DNA of 64,000 bases from Raillietiella orientalis (Eukaryota), in assembly GCA_036172245.1 (NCBI GenBank), contig JAYWIR010000007.1:4154001-4218000 (forward strand), given 5' to 3'. Positions within the stretch are counted from its first letter, which is position 1, and the number at the start of each line of letters is the position of its first letter. Made by a program: the position numbers and the translations under genes. This document shows positions 27,252 through 40,300 of the stretch, in pieces. The notes beneath the pieces were generated by a model. It saw only the letters and a list, made by a program, of their open reading frames with translations, was not told where the DNA came from and ran no database searches.

Positions 27252-28386
27252 ATGGACAAACCAATAGATGTGTTGGTTGTTGGATCTTGCATCATGGATT
27301 TAATCAGGTTACAGCTTACTGCTTTGCATGCTACTATGATATCTTTAGCTATGTGTCTACATTCCCTCAACCAGGAGAAACTGTAGAAGGAACTCATTTC
27401 CAAATGGGCTATGGGGGGAAAGGTGCCAATCAAGCTGTAGCTGCTGCTCTCATTGGTGCTCAAGTGTCCTTCATTGGACAAGTAAGGGTATCAAAACAAA
27501 TTTTATATGCTTGGCATTTGTTCAAGGTGGGCAATGATGAATATGGACATAAGTATATAAATCATCTTCAAAAGCATGGCATTAACACATCTGGAATAAC
27601 TACTTCTGATGCAATGACAGGTGTAGCAAGTATTGCTGTGGACAAAACAGGACAAAATTGCATCATCATCACTCCTGGTGCCAATATGTTGCTGCAACAA
27701 ATACATGTATCCCTCACTGAAAAAAACTTATTTCAAACTAAAGTCCTGTTATGTCAGTTGGAAGTCAACAAGGACATTATTCATCAGATATTGCTTCTGG
27801 CTTCCCAGCACAAGGGTCAGTTGTTATGTTGTCTGCATGACATGTGTATCCATCCAGTCATTTCAGTACTTAATGCAACTCCAGTATCCAACTGTGATAT
27901 GGAGCTTCTCAGATTAGCTACCATCATCTGTGTTAATGAAGTTGAGGTACAGTGAGACTGAGGAAATGCTAAGCTTTTAATTAGGCAACATGCTTGGTTG
28001 GGTTCAAAGTTGAAACCATTTCTGATGCCAAAACTGCCTTACAAAGAATGTTGGAATTAGGTTGTCATAATGTCATTATAACTCTGGGGGCAAAAGGAGC
28101 AGTTTGTGGATCCAATTCGATTCCTCCTGTTTTAGTTAATGCTCCAACAGTTGAAAAAGTTGTAGATACTACAGTTAGTACACATATCTTACATCCCTGT
28201 TCCTAATTTAATGAATTTCAGGGAGCTGGTGATTGTTTCTTAGGAACACTGGCATTTTTCTTATCCCAGAGTATGAATCTGGAATATCTCTGTGATTTCA
28301 CCACCAGAGCTTGCACTCTTGCCTCAAGAAGTGTCCAGAAATCAGGAACACAAACCAGTTTTCCGACATCTCTAGATGAACATTAA
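27252..28386 (+). CDS. RBKS: Ribokinase (PfkB family). Exons 27252-27307, 27349-27481, 27527-27815, 27858-27946, 27985-28173, 28222-28386
   Basis: VVGSCIMDL, P.PGETV, GGKGANQAVAAA, VGNDEYG, LLCQLEV, NEVEA, IITLGAKG and the spliced VDTT/GAGDCF motif. Introns are 38-48 nt GT-AG. Confidence 0.95.
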
Positions 28387-31249
28387 TTGCGCTTGTACAC
28401 ACTCCTGACCTTTTTAACTTCGACGTATATGCTCATTTGGTTAACTGAAAAAATTTTGTCATAAATTCATTTAGTTTTATTTAAATGGAAATAAATGTTA
28501 AATTAGCGAATTTCAGTAGCGTCTTTGACTTACTTAAAGGGTCCCACCTTAAGAGCTCTAATTTATCATCTAATCTTGGTCTAATGACATTAATTGTATC
28601 ACCGCTGATTACACTCTCACAGCACACCATGATGTCCCTAAAATGTACATTGCGAAACGGATCCGTTTAATGCACCGCTAGTGAACAGTCACAAAATTAT
28701 TTAAGACTACTGTAAAATTATGACAGCAAAAAATTATGAAACTTCATTGTCTTACTTTGATTTTACTTTCTTTAACAAAATTCTTGTAAGCAGCATCCTG
28801 TTCCGTTGCAATCCCAATGCAAAACCCTTTGGTTTTCCGCTACAACGCCGCACGGCTCGGAAGTGTCAGTCGTTTGGCTCACCTATCCAACGACGTGAGA
28901 AACTTACTGTGCATTCGATCAGAGGGAAGCAGTTATGTGGAGTGGAGCTGCCACGACCGAAAAAATTTCAAATTTGGAGATTCCACATTCGTAGAGCTCC
29001 CTTATGAAAATTTAACATATCCAGAAGAAAAAAAAAACGGGGAAAAAATACCCAGTCACTGGACATCGTGTCACAATGCAAGTTCTTTGACTTTCGATTG
29101 TGCCTTGGAATTCGATTATTATTTAATTTTCATCTTGTAAGTGTATATCGTTTTGATCATTAAGTTCTTAATAATAGAAATTATAAGATCCAATCACGAG
29201 GTAATATAAGAAATAGTGCAGTGAATACATTGGTTTTAGATGTCTAAGCATAATTTTTTAATAAGATGGGATGTATCTGAGCATTATAGGTCGTACACCC
29301 TTTGAGTGGTAATCGCCAGTTGCTTTGCTGCGAAGTTGGCTGCCTGAAGCTATAGGACTGAGCTGTGCTCGTGTCAGCTCGGTTTTCTAGCACTAAACTC
29401 CAAACGACTTTCATTAAATGTTCGGATTGCGAATAAAATCGATTCTTATATCATACCAGTATTCGAAAGGTGATAACTTCTTACTGCTATTTCACAAAGA
29501 CGAACTTGCACATGTTAGGTATTAAGCTAACTTCCAATTTTTTGATTTAGAGATTTATTTTTTCAGGCAAAAATTTCATTTTATAAATTCTTGGTAACTT
29601 TTTTGTTTTCTTAGGGCAAGATATCGACCTATTAATCTATAAGCAAAATTTGTTCCTCTAGATTCAGACAACTTCAAGAACATGCATTTCCATTTTCCTC
29701 TACATTTAGTCATTGCAAATTTTTGTGAAATTTCTAACGGTCCTTCGAATCTAATCAACTCCTAATGCAAACGATTCTGTATTTCTCAGAATGGGTGGAG
29801 GGGGGAAGTAGATGAGTGAATACGTGTCTTCTTTGCAAGAAATCGTCTGCTTTCTGTTTTCACTAAACGCACAAAAAAAAATTGGGGCACACTTTCCTTT
29901 CAGGAATATTTTCTTTTGTATTTGGTAGTTTAAATCATTCCAAATATTATATTATGATTGCTGAATCAGATGCTTTAATTCCACATACACAAAAATAATC
30001 TCTTATCTGTTGAAAACAGCTATTATGAACATATTACAGATTACCTTCTTTAAAATATTAAAACTACAAAATGCATGATATAAAGAACCTTAAAATTTTT
30101 CCGAGTACATTTTAAACTGCATCGCTTTTGTTTTATGTCTTTGATTTAGTCTCTATAACACTGCTAATAATTTCATGGCATTCTGAACGTACATTTGCTA
30201 CTGCATTCAGATATTGCCTGGAAGATTCCAGATTGGTTCTCCAGAATATTGCCCATATATAAGTATCTTCAATTACGAATTTCGATTTCAGTAACTTATG
30301 CACTTCATTTTAAAATTTCGAAACAAGCCGCTTTCCTTATTATGTAGATAGCGCGTACGTTTGCTTCTACTCATGACGATGTGCTGAACTTTTTCGTTTA
30401 TAATGCAGACTTTTGAATAATTAACATCCATCTGATTTCTGTTTAACTTACGTTGTAGGACAATTTTTTTGTCGTTGGGTGCTATTAATTGTTTCTGATT
30501 TAAAAAGCGGACAACAAAAAGTGGATATTCTATCACTTGCACAAACTATTGATACTCCGTTTGTAACGCGGAGCCATGTAATGAGGATTCTCTAGAACAC
30601 ATTTTCTTTTTTAACGATCGCTTTTAACGGATCATATTTTAATCTAAAATGTAACATCACATTTAAACAACATTTAAACATAACGATCCATATTTAACAC
30701 ACTTAAATTGCTGCAGAAAAACTGCTGATTATAGCTTAAAGTCTCCCTATATATTACAACACTTACATGGGTACTAAGGAACCAGTTTTTAAATCACACA
30801 CCTTGTATACACTGCTTCCCAGGCAAACGCCCTTTACATAACAACACAAATGTCTCGTTCGGGAATATTTAAGGATTTGCATTTATGTTTTTGCATTTAT
30901 TTTTTTATTTATTTGCATTTATACTTTTTCCAAACAGTTTGAATATTAGAAATGCTTCTTGCAGTCATGTTTCGGTTATCTTCAAAAGGAAAGAACTAAA
31001 ATTACGCTTGTATCTCACACAGATAACTGTTTGCCCAAACTACTCATTTGAAGTCTTAGTTGAGGAAAATAATTGAAGCTTTAGTAAAAGTGTGTAAACA
31101 AACCCGGTTTGTAAAAAGGAAAAGGAAGAAGAATTTTTTGTTTGGTTGGCATACCTTCCATCACTTCAAAATGTTTTGAGAAAAAATTAACGAGGTCCCG
31201 ATTACACACTGCGTCCCGATCCGAATATAAGTAAAAGATAAATGGTTTT

Positions 31250-31450
31250 CACGTTTTCCTAAAATTTCGTGTTTTGATAGCAAGGCGTTGTTTGCGTTTC
31301 GCGCCGCGCATATATCCGTCAAACGCGCCACAGCAGCGCCGTCGCGACACGCATTTTTCAAACTCGCTGAACGGATTAAAGTGAATTTCATCAGACTCGA
31401 GGCAGTGGTGTAGCACTGCAATCTCACGGTAACCAATATTTGAAATTCGC
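31250..31450. promoter_or_regulatory. CpG-rich promoter-like island
   Basis: Local CpG cluster (gcgtttcgcgccgcgc...gcgccgtcgcgacacgc) in an AT-rich background. It is followed on + by splice-like sites and an AAAATGGCG (YY1-like) motif at 31741. Confidence 0.4.
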
Positions 31451-34400
31451 AGTTGCTGGTGTTTTTGGAATGTGTGTCTACCTTTCGGTGTACAATCCTT
31501 CCCTCCCCTTGTGGAGTTTTAGGAAACTGCTTAATATTCACATCACTTTATCAGCTTTTTCGTTTACCAATTTTGCTTATTTTTGTTTTGCTCAGGGGCA
31601 TGTGATCATCCAAGTACACGAGCGATTTAATTAGGGTGTTAAAGGATGACGAGCATTTCTTTCCATTCTGTGAAGCATTTTCAATGAAACATGTCTCTGA
31701 ATGATATATGTTTTGCTGATTCTGAAGGAACTGCATCACCAAAATGGCGCATATCTTTTGCTAGGTATTATCAAGTATTTGTAGGCACATCAAGTTTCAC
31801 CTGTAGGTTGAATAAGCAATTTGTGCAACTTTGCATTTTTTGGAGAATTTCTGGAACTGATTCTTGATCGTGCACTGTTATGATGTGTCACAAGTGGGAA
31901 AACACAATTTAATCATAATCATGCCTAGTGCACGAGAGAGAAAACAGATTGGTTATTTTTATTTAGATGTATAAAATAATGATTTTAATGTATCTTTAAA
32001 TTCATGCATATCATTTTAAAAAAAATTCGATTCCTTTGTTTTCAAAACTTGAAGGGATCTTTAGAAAATTGACTTGAAAGTATTCTTAATGACTTCAAGT
32101 AAAGAATTCCAAATTATGAGGTAGATCTGCATCTATTCATAAAGTCTTAATATATAGTACTGAGTCATTTACAGTATGGTTGGAAAACATACAGATCATA
32201 TGATTCAGGTATTAAATGCATCCCATACTTTGAATCATCAAAAATTCTTCATATAAGATATGTTGATCATTTAGAAAACATTAAATGACTAGTTTCTCAA
32301 TAGAAGCATTATTGTCCATAGAAGCACTAACGAAAATTAATAAATTTTTGTCCAAGACTTCATTTTTCACGTGGGGCCTTTTGATATCCAATGAAGTGAA
32401 GAGTTTCATGATATTTACAAATTTAACCTGAAGAAGGAGCATTTGATATGAGATGGAATTCATTTAAATTATGGGAACGGATTATGGAATCATGAATGTT
32501 TAAGAAATAGCTGGTTGTAAAACAGGGTTTGCCAAACACACTAAATTCTTCTTTAAGAGTACACAAATTTAGAAAAAAATGATGCGAGAATCACAATTTA
32601 TAAAAAAGAATTTTAGTATTCCACCAACGTATTAATAGGTTGTAACAGTGTGGTATTTTATTTTTGCAATAAATTCAAAAAATCCATTCTATTAACTTAT
32701 CAAGTAATCAAAAAAGTCAAAATAATTCGATAATAATTTATTATGAAATAAGTTCTTTGAATGTTATGCTTTTATTTTTGCTACAGGTGTCAAAGTAACA
32801 CAAGAGAGCTCATTACATAACAGCAATAAAATAAAATTGATTGTTTTAACAAATATCTGTAACAAATATCAGAAATTTTTTACTGTTATTCCCCTTTTGG
32901 CAAACACTTTCGATGATTTGAAATTCATTTTCGAGCAATAAAAACGGATTGCTGGGAAATTGGGAAATATATCTCAATTCTTTATATAATTTCTAATGCA
33001 TTTCAGTTTCTAGATTAACAAATTACTGTCAGTTAATCCTTGCATGGCAGTGCTCGTGTTTTCCCTGGGAACTATGCAGATGTGATGAAATGTAGTAAGC
33101 AAAATAATAAATGCTTCGTAATTTAGGGAATCTCAACACAGATTTAATTTATGATGATCAGAGAGTTTAAAGTTGACCAGCAAGCAAGGATCAGTGAATT
33201 AATGTTTAAATGAAAACCTTAGTTTACATCTTTAAATGTTAAAAGAAGAAGCCAAGAAAATATTAAGAATAAATTTTCAGACTGATAAAAGTAAAGTGAA
33301 TACTTCACCTAGGAATAACTGAAATGTAACACGGAGTTATTGTTTGTTCTCAGTGTGAATTAACCGTGGGATTCTGTGATGGGGAACTAGTCGAAAAATA
33401 TCCGATGCTAAGACTTGAAATAATTCAGTATAAAAAAAATTGGGATGAAAACTAAATGTAATGGGCAATAAACACCTCTGTTTATCAGAACCCTACAGTG
33501 AAATGTCATTGGTGCATAAGGAATGATTGGATTTGTTAAAACAGTAAGAATAATGATATAAAAATCTTTTCAATGTGTATAAACAGATGTTTTGCAATTC
33601 TCTTATTCAACCATTCACTCCCTACCCTTTATGTGTAATTTTTGGGTCTGAAGGCAAGTATAACATTTACAAGAATATTACATTTGCTTTCAGAGAAACA
33701 GTATTCTTATAAGTACTTATTTAGAACTTGGAATATATAGTGAATACAGGGCAGCTTGAAGCACTTGGATGAATGTGAGAAAATGAGTTGAAAAAAGATC
33801 CTTTTACATTATTTCAAATAAACCTTATTTTTGTTAGTTCTCACTTAACATTGAAATGTAACTTGCAAAGTCTCGAAAACAACAAAGTGCCAAAAATAGA
33901 AATGGAGACGTAGAAGTCAGAAGTTTCTTGAAGAGCTGGAACTTCCATGTAGTCACTATGTTTCAAATATTTCATGTACTCTAATTCAGTCCTTGCAGTT
34001 GTAACCAGTCATGTTCACAAATGTTGAAAAAAACAACTGGAGTTAAAAAAACACTTTGTATAATGAAACATCCAGAAAACGTTGGTAGTATTAATGATTG
34101 ATCTTGGTATATTTGATGATACTTTAAGAAGTACCACTCTGAAGGTGGAAGTAAGAAGTGGCTGTGTAAGGTTGATATTTATAACTTAGTATGAACAGTG
34201 ATATATTTAATTAAGAGTGCAAAGAACATAAGACCCATTCAAAAACAGTTTTAATTTGATTGCCATAAACTAAAGGGTAATTTTAAAGTGAATGTGAAAA
34301 ATGCATAAAATAGCATGTTGCATGAAACAAGTAATTGTCTTTTGCCTGTTTCTTTTATTCCAACTTCTTGCGCTTCTTTACAAACATTCATTATTATTAA

Positions 34401-34570
34401 AGTTTAAAAAAGCACTTTATTTTGACCATCTTGGGGACTGGATTTTAGGTGTTTCTGCTTTTGTTTACAGGTTGATTGCAATGTCAGACCTGAAACAAAG
34501 CATCCTAATAGACTTCATCTCGGTGTAATTGTAGAACTTACATTAAGCCTAATACTGACATTCAGGGAAT

Positions 34571-35510
34571 ATGGCGGATCAGCCTGTAGATTACGATAGC
34601 TTTATAGCTCAGTTGCCAGACTTGGAAGACGGTGTGATTATAGGCCTCACGGATTATCGTGTGAAGCTCCCAGAGGAAGAGCACCTCCCAGTGCTTGTGG
34701 GGTCAAAAGTGTCTTGAAAAACCTAATATGCGAGTGCAGCGGCATGGGCAATCTCAACGCAGACATATTCGAAGGAGATGGAGCCTCTGTTATTGAATGG
34801 TTTATACAGTCTATTTTCATATGGTGTGATACACACCTGGAACTTGGATGGGCAAGATGTGCCTGATGGCAGCTGGAGATTCGTGACTGAGCCCTCATCT
34901 CTAACTGACAGTCAAGCAAGCCATTTATCCACAGTTTTAAACAAACAATTAACCAAAGAAATGTTTCTACTATTATTAGCAACAAAAGCCTCGTTTTGGC
35001 TTTGCAACAATCACATTGGCACTGCCAAGAGTGGTAAGAAGGGGACTGGTTATTCTATGAAAGTTGCAAAACTATACTTCGGCAAATATGATTTGGACAA
35101 CGTTATGTCACTTGCAAATCAGTTAGGCCATTACATGAGCACAGGTCACATACTCAATATGGCTGGAATTGAAAACAGCACCCACCAAAGTGATCCCATC
35201 GTATGATATGCCTCATGAGCTTTGGCAAATGTCAGATGCAGTCTTGTGGTTCAGATCAGGCCCAGCTGGGTTTAGGAGACACCAAGTGGCATATGAGGCA
35301 TTTCAAAGACTCTTATTGTCACCATATGCCTGCGCAAGGGAAGACTTTTCTGACTCGTATGTGGATCATTTCCTAGGTAGGCTCGGGTCGTACATGCTTA
35401 GTCAGTATTCGAAGTCGATCATTACGAAGTCATGACACTTTACGATGACTTCAATCCAATCGAAAGAGGATTCCCTGAGTGGAATTCATTTTGTGAAGCC
35501 ATTTCCTGCA
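34571..35510 (+). pseudogene. Endogenous viral element: disrupted nucleoprotein-like gene of a qinvirus-like negative-strand RNA virus
   Basis: ATG at 34571 is in frame with ORF 34778-35206 apart from stops at 34715 and 34724; frameshifts near 35180 and 35435. Motifs ATKASFWLCNNHIG, GYSMKV, LGHYMST..IL, FRSGPAG, FSD...LGRLGSY and KS*HF match my recollection of qinvirus-type NP (ATK.NWW..NHH.G / GHW.ST / S.PAG / LGRLG / SPH). The body is intronless. Confidence 0.65.
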
Positions 35511-35552
35511 ACAAAACTGTCTGTCCACGAATGTACCAATTAGAAGAAATTG

Positions 35553-36316
35553 CTGACTCTGATATCGCCCAATTGCATGTGGAGGTGTTTGGTATGGACA
35601 CAGATATCTCAAGACCATCTGGAATTCTAGCTCCTGAAGCATTGTCAGGAGTATTGGAAGAAACTACTGACCCTGATATCACTCAATTGCTTGTGAAGAT
35701 GTTCGCTGTGGACACAGATATCTCAAGACCATCTGGAATCCTGGCTCATGAAGCATTGCCAGTGGTTTGCCCATGTTCCTCTGGTTGTTTTCCCCGAAGT
35801 AAGCAGTCCCAAACAGGATAGGCACCTGCCCCTAAGTGCAGCAGGGGAGTTATCGAGGAACATCCTCCTCAAAGCCTAGACAAGTAAATGACTTGTCACT
35901 TAGTTTGTGATATTCACGAAAATTTTGTGATATTCAGGAAATTATTGTGTTTTCATTATGGTTGTGTTCTATTGTATTACACTGCCTATTAAATAATCTA
36001 TGACTACTGACTCTGATGTTGCCCAATTGCATCTAAAGATGTTTGCTATGGACACAGATATTGCAAGACTGTCTGGAATCCTGGCTCCTGAATCATTGCC
36101 AGTGGCCAGCCCATCTTCCTCAGTTCTGGAAAACTAGATAGCCTAGGAAGTAGGGAGCCCCAGAAAGGAGAGGCAACTACTCTTACGTGCAGTGGGAGTT
36201 ATCAAGAAACATCTTTCCAAAAGCCTAGATGAGTAAGTGACCTGTCATGTAGTTTGTGATATTCAGGAAAGTATTGTGCTTTCATTATGGTTGTGTTCGA
36301 TATTATACTGCCTATA
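35553..36316 (+). repeat. Nested tandem duplications at the 3' end of the EVE
   Basis: A ~90-nt unit (D.DI.QL.V..F..DTDISRPSGILA.EAL) starts at 35553, 35667 and 36007. The larger block 35663-35988 is repeated at 36003-36316. Confidence 0.9.
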
Positions 36317-37357
36317 CAGTAAACTACAACTGTGTTTAAAGTTTTAAGAAAATAAAGCCAAGTTTTATCAACATTTGTGTTTTGATTTAGCTTATTGCAT
36401 TCATTCTCATTGGGAAACTGAACTAGAGGCATGAAACTTTCAGAACATAAAAGGGTGAATATTCCAAAGTTAATATTTCACCTTTTTGGGTATGACAATT
36501 GACAATCCTTAGTGTTGATTACTGAATTAATCACAAATTAAAATGATCGCACTTGTTTGCAAGTATTCTTAATGTATTCATTCATTAGCTGTCTTGCTTT
36601 TAATACCACTTTGCAGCTGAATGCAAATTACAAAGCATAAGTAATTCCAACAATTTAGTGATTCTGATCTCAAGCAAAAAAAAAGGGAGGCGATTTTGCT
36701 TTCAGTTGCTTTACCAGCCTTAAATTACTATTCTTATCTATTTTTTAGTTTTCTATGAACTCAAACTAGAATAACAGCTCCATTTATCTAAGCGAAATCT
36801 GCACATGCTCTTAATACTTTGTTGATCTCATCATGTAAGCTGCAGGGTTTCCCAGATAATATGTGCTAATAAACAAACCAGAGATACAAATGTAAAGGAT
36901 TAAAGTAAAAACTATATATTGGAATAATCTGCACTTTAAAGAAAAAACAAAACTGTTAAAATCCTATTTGTGTTCAGTTTTTGTATTTCTACACTTAGCT
37001 TTCAACACTATTATTCCACTTGGCACTTTGCAACAGAAAACACAGAGCAACACACAGTTAACATAGAAATTCTTTATCACTGCAACATGCACATATATCT
37101 TCCCTGGTGGCTCAGTGTGGTGATCAGTTTTTGAAATTTCCCTTCAAAGGCTGTAATTGTGGTAGAGATTTTCAATGTATCTGCAATGTTCCAAAGTGTA
37201 ATAAATGGAATGATTTTTTCTCTCAATCAGGATATGGAATAACCACACTTGTTGATTTTTTGATTTAAAATTCATCCAGACTTAGGTGCATCTTAAACTA
37301 TCTTGACCTTTTCTTTATACTAATTTTTTATGAAGCTGACTCTTCAATATAAGACAT

Positions 37358-40300
37358 TCACATACTTACATTGGAATTTTCCATTTTGTACACATGGCAA
37401 CTTATATCATTGCTATCATTTGTACCATTAGCACTCACTTCACTACAGTTTTTGTCATGTGATGCTGCATGGGACAAAGCATGGTCTAAGAACTTCACTT
37501 TTCCTGTGACAACAAGCTTACACGTAATACAGTGATAATGTATCCGTTCTCCTAACCATCGTTCATTTTTATTTTTCATCAGCTCCACATAACAGTTTTT
37601 CAAACAGGGAACAACTAATTTGTTATTTACAAGTACACCTTTTTTGACATGGACATTAACCAAATGTTGAATGACTGGATCAGAACGTTTGAATGTATAT
37701 CCTCCATCAGCACATAAAGCACAGCGAAACTGTTTACCACTACGAATTATCAATTTCATAACCTGTTCCCTTTTCAAGCGATAAACACTATTCTTTTCTC
37801 CTGATTCTGGGCAAACACTGGTTCTTTTGGAAGGAATGTCACTTTTGTCTTTTAATGATGTTTCTCTTCTTGATCTTTTCTTTCGTGTTGTAGGAGATGT
37901 GATTCCTTCATCTGCGTCATCAGTTTGATTGCTTAATAATTTATGACTTCCATCAATAGTAGTTTCCAATCTTCCACTTTTTCTCAACGTATCATTTTCT
38001 GGAGGTCTGGAAATGACTGAACTTCTATGTTCCTGCATATGCCGGACATACAGTTGCTTTTTAAAAAACAATTCTCCACACTGGGTGCAATGATAGTGGT
38101 TTTTATCTGTATGCTGACAATCAGTTACAGAGCAGGCACTTTCACCAGTTAATTTAGAATTCACAGCTTTGCTCACAGGATCAGAAGCAGTAGCAGTGAC
38201 AGAGTCTCTAGTTGATGAGATAGGAAAGGACTGTTGGAGGGCGTTTTCAGTTAATGACACTACATCAAAGGAAATGGTGACTTTATGTGATATTGTATGC
38301 AGCAAAAAAGCATTCTTTCTCATTACAGCTTCATTACAAATAGGGCAACAGTAACTTTCCTGCTCTTCAGCTGATTTCTTGAATGGAAGGCAGATCCATT
38401 TCTGATCAACAAGTGCCACTTCTGCTTGATGATACATTTTGAGATGATTTAAAATCATTGATTTCATTTCGAGGTCCACAGAAAAGGGACATAATTTGCA
38501 TCTGTATTGTTGTGCTGTCTGTTCTACACACATATAAAACAGCTCAGCAGGATCCCTTCTTAGATCTTCCAGCTTGATCACAGAAATCAGCTGCTGAAAT
38601 TTAGTTTCTTTTTCAATGCTTGTAATTTCTTTGCAATTTTCTGTTGACAGATCACCTGCCTCATTATTTACAGCTAATTTTACAAGTGAAGGAAGACCCT
38701 CAGTGAAGGTCTTTTCCTTTAAATCAAAATCTGTTTCTAAACTTTCAGTCTTGTCATCGTAAGTGGTAGTGCCCTCTTCTGCTGACTTGTCATGAGCACA
38801 AGGTAATCCATTTGTTGAATAGGGTTCCATGATTGTTTTTTCTTCATAGTCGGTATTCTGATCAACATGATTGATTTCGCCTTTGAAAAAGGATGGATTA
38901 GGATGACGCTGGACATGTTTTAAGAAACTTTCTCTGTCTCCAAACACTGTTAGTTTGCAGAGAGGGCAGTGGTAATGAGTAGAATTAATGGCTCCACAAC
39001 TTTTCATGCAAGGAAATGCAAAATCCAAATCATGAATGGAAACTCTTTCTTCCCAATGTTCTGTAAGGACATGTTCTTGGGCATCAGTCCATTTCTGAAT
39101 ATTTGTCTCAAAGTCGCAATATTTGCAATGGCAACTATCTTCCACCACATGTAACAGCTGATCAAAAAGGATTCCACTGTCTTCTATGGTTTCTGATGCA
39201 AAATTGAGTGGTGATGTTAACCTATTGGTGCTATTATCTGAAGCAACCTTCTCCAGTTTTTCCAATTTAATAAAGCAAGGAGCAATAGCATATTTTTTCA
39301 GATAATGGCAAGCATCAAAATTCTCTTTTTCATCCTTGTCTCCAGTGTCTGAGTTGATCTGGAAACTTAGAAATGGACTTCTTCCAACTTCTTCTAGAGT
39401 TCTAGAACGACCTTTCAGACCCACTGTTTCTTCAATTAATCCTTCCAAATATTTCTCAACATCTTTCAGATAAACAGGATCTTCTTGATGTTGCAACTTC
39501 ATATGACCTAGAAAACAACTCTGCCTCAAGAACAGTTGTTTGCAAATAGGGCAGTGGTAATGCATGTCTTGGTTGCAAGGATTACAAGCTTTGCAACAGG
39601 GTAAACAAGCCCATTTATCTTGCACTACAATGAAATATATAGCATGAATCAGGTAAAGATGCTCTTCAGCCTCTTGCTGACTGGAGAAATGAACACTTTC
39701 TGGACAAAGAAGACAATGCTTATATGTAACTTTATCTATTTGGGAACTATAAGTCAAAGATTGAATGATACGAGAAATGTCAAGTCCATTTACTAGTGCC
39801 CAGTATTTTCTAATACGTTCAATTTTGTATTCCGCTGGTTTGGAAGTGAAGGAATTCAGCTTCATTTCTTCTACTTTCTCATTATCATTAATCGATTTTT
39901 GTGCAGTTACCTCTGACTTACTCAAAGCACTAGAATTTTCGCCATCTTCTGTTTTCACCTCTTTTACTTCACTAATGTGTCTCTTTTTCAATCTTGATCT
40001 TTGATGGCTATTTTCTTTATTGCCAGAAATTTCTTTTTCATTGCGGGAAGGGCAAGAATTCTTAAGAATTCCTTTGTGTTCTTTAATATGATCGATAAAA
40101 GTTTGCTTGTGACACACAGGTTGACGACATACAGGACAATGATAATGCAAATGATGAGAGGGCAAGTTTTGACATGGTTTGAAACAGGGGAGACACAACC
40201 ACTTGCTCTCCACAGTGATTTTGTCTTGAAAATGGACATCACTTAGATGTCGACGGAATTGGACTTGATCAAAGTTGTTGCCTGGAGGACATAATTTACA

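Noticed and set aside
35553..36316. Repeat array as CRISPR-like
   Set aside because: Eukaryotic context, long divergent coding-like units, no unique spacers or cas genes.
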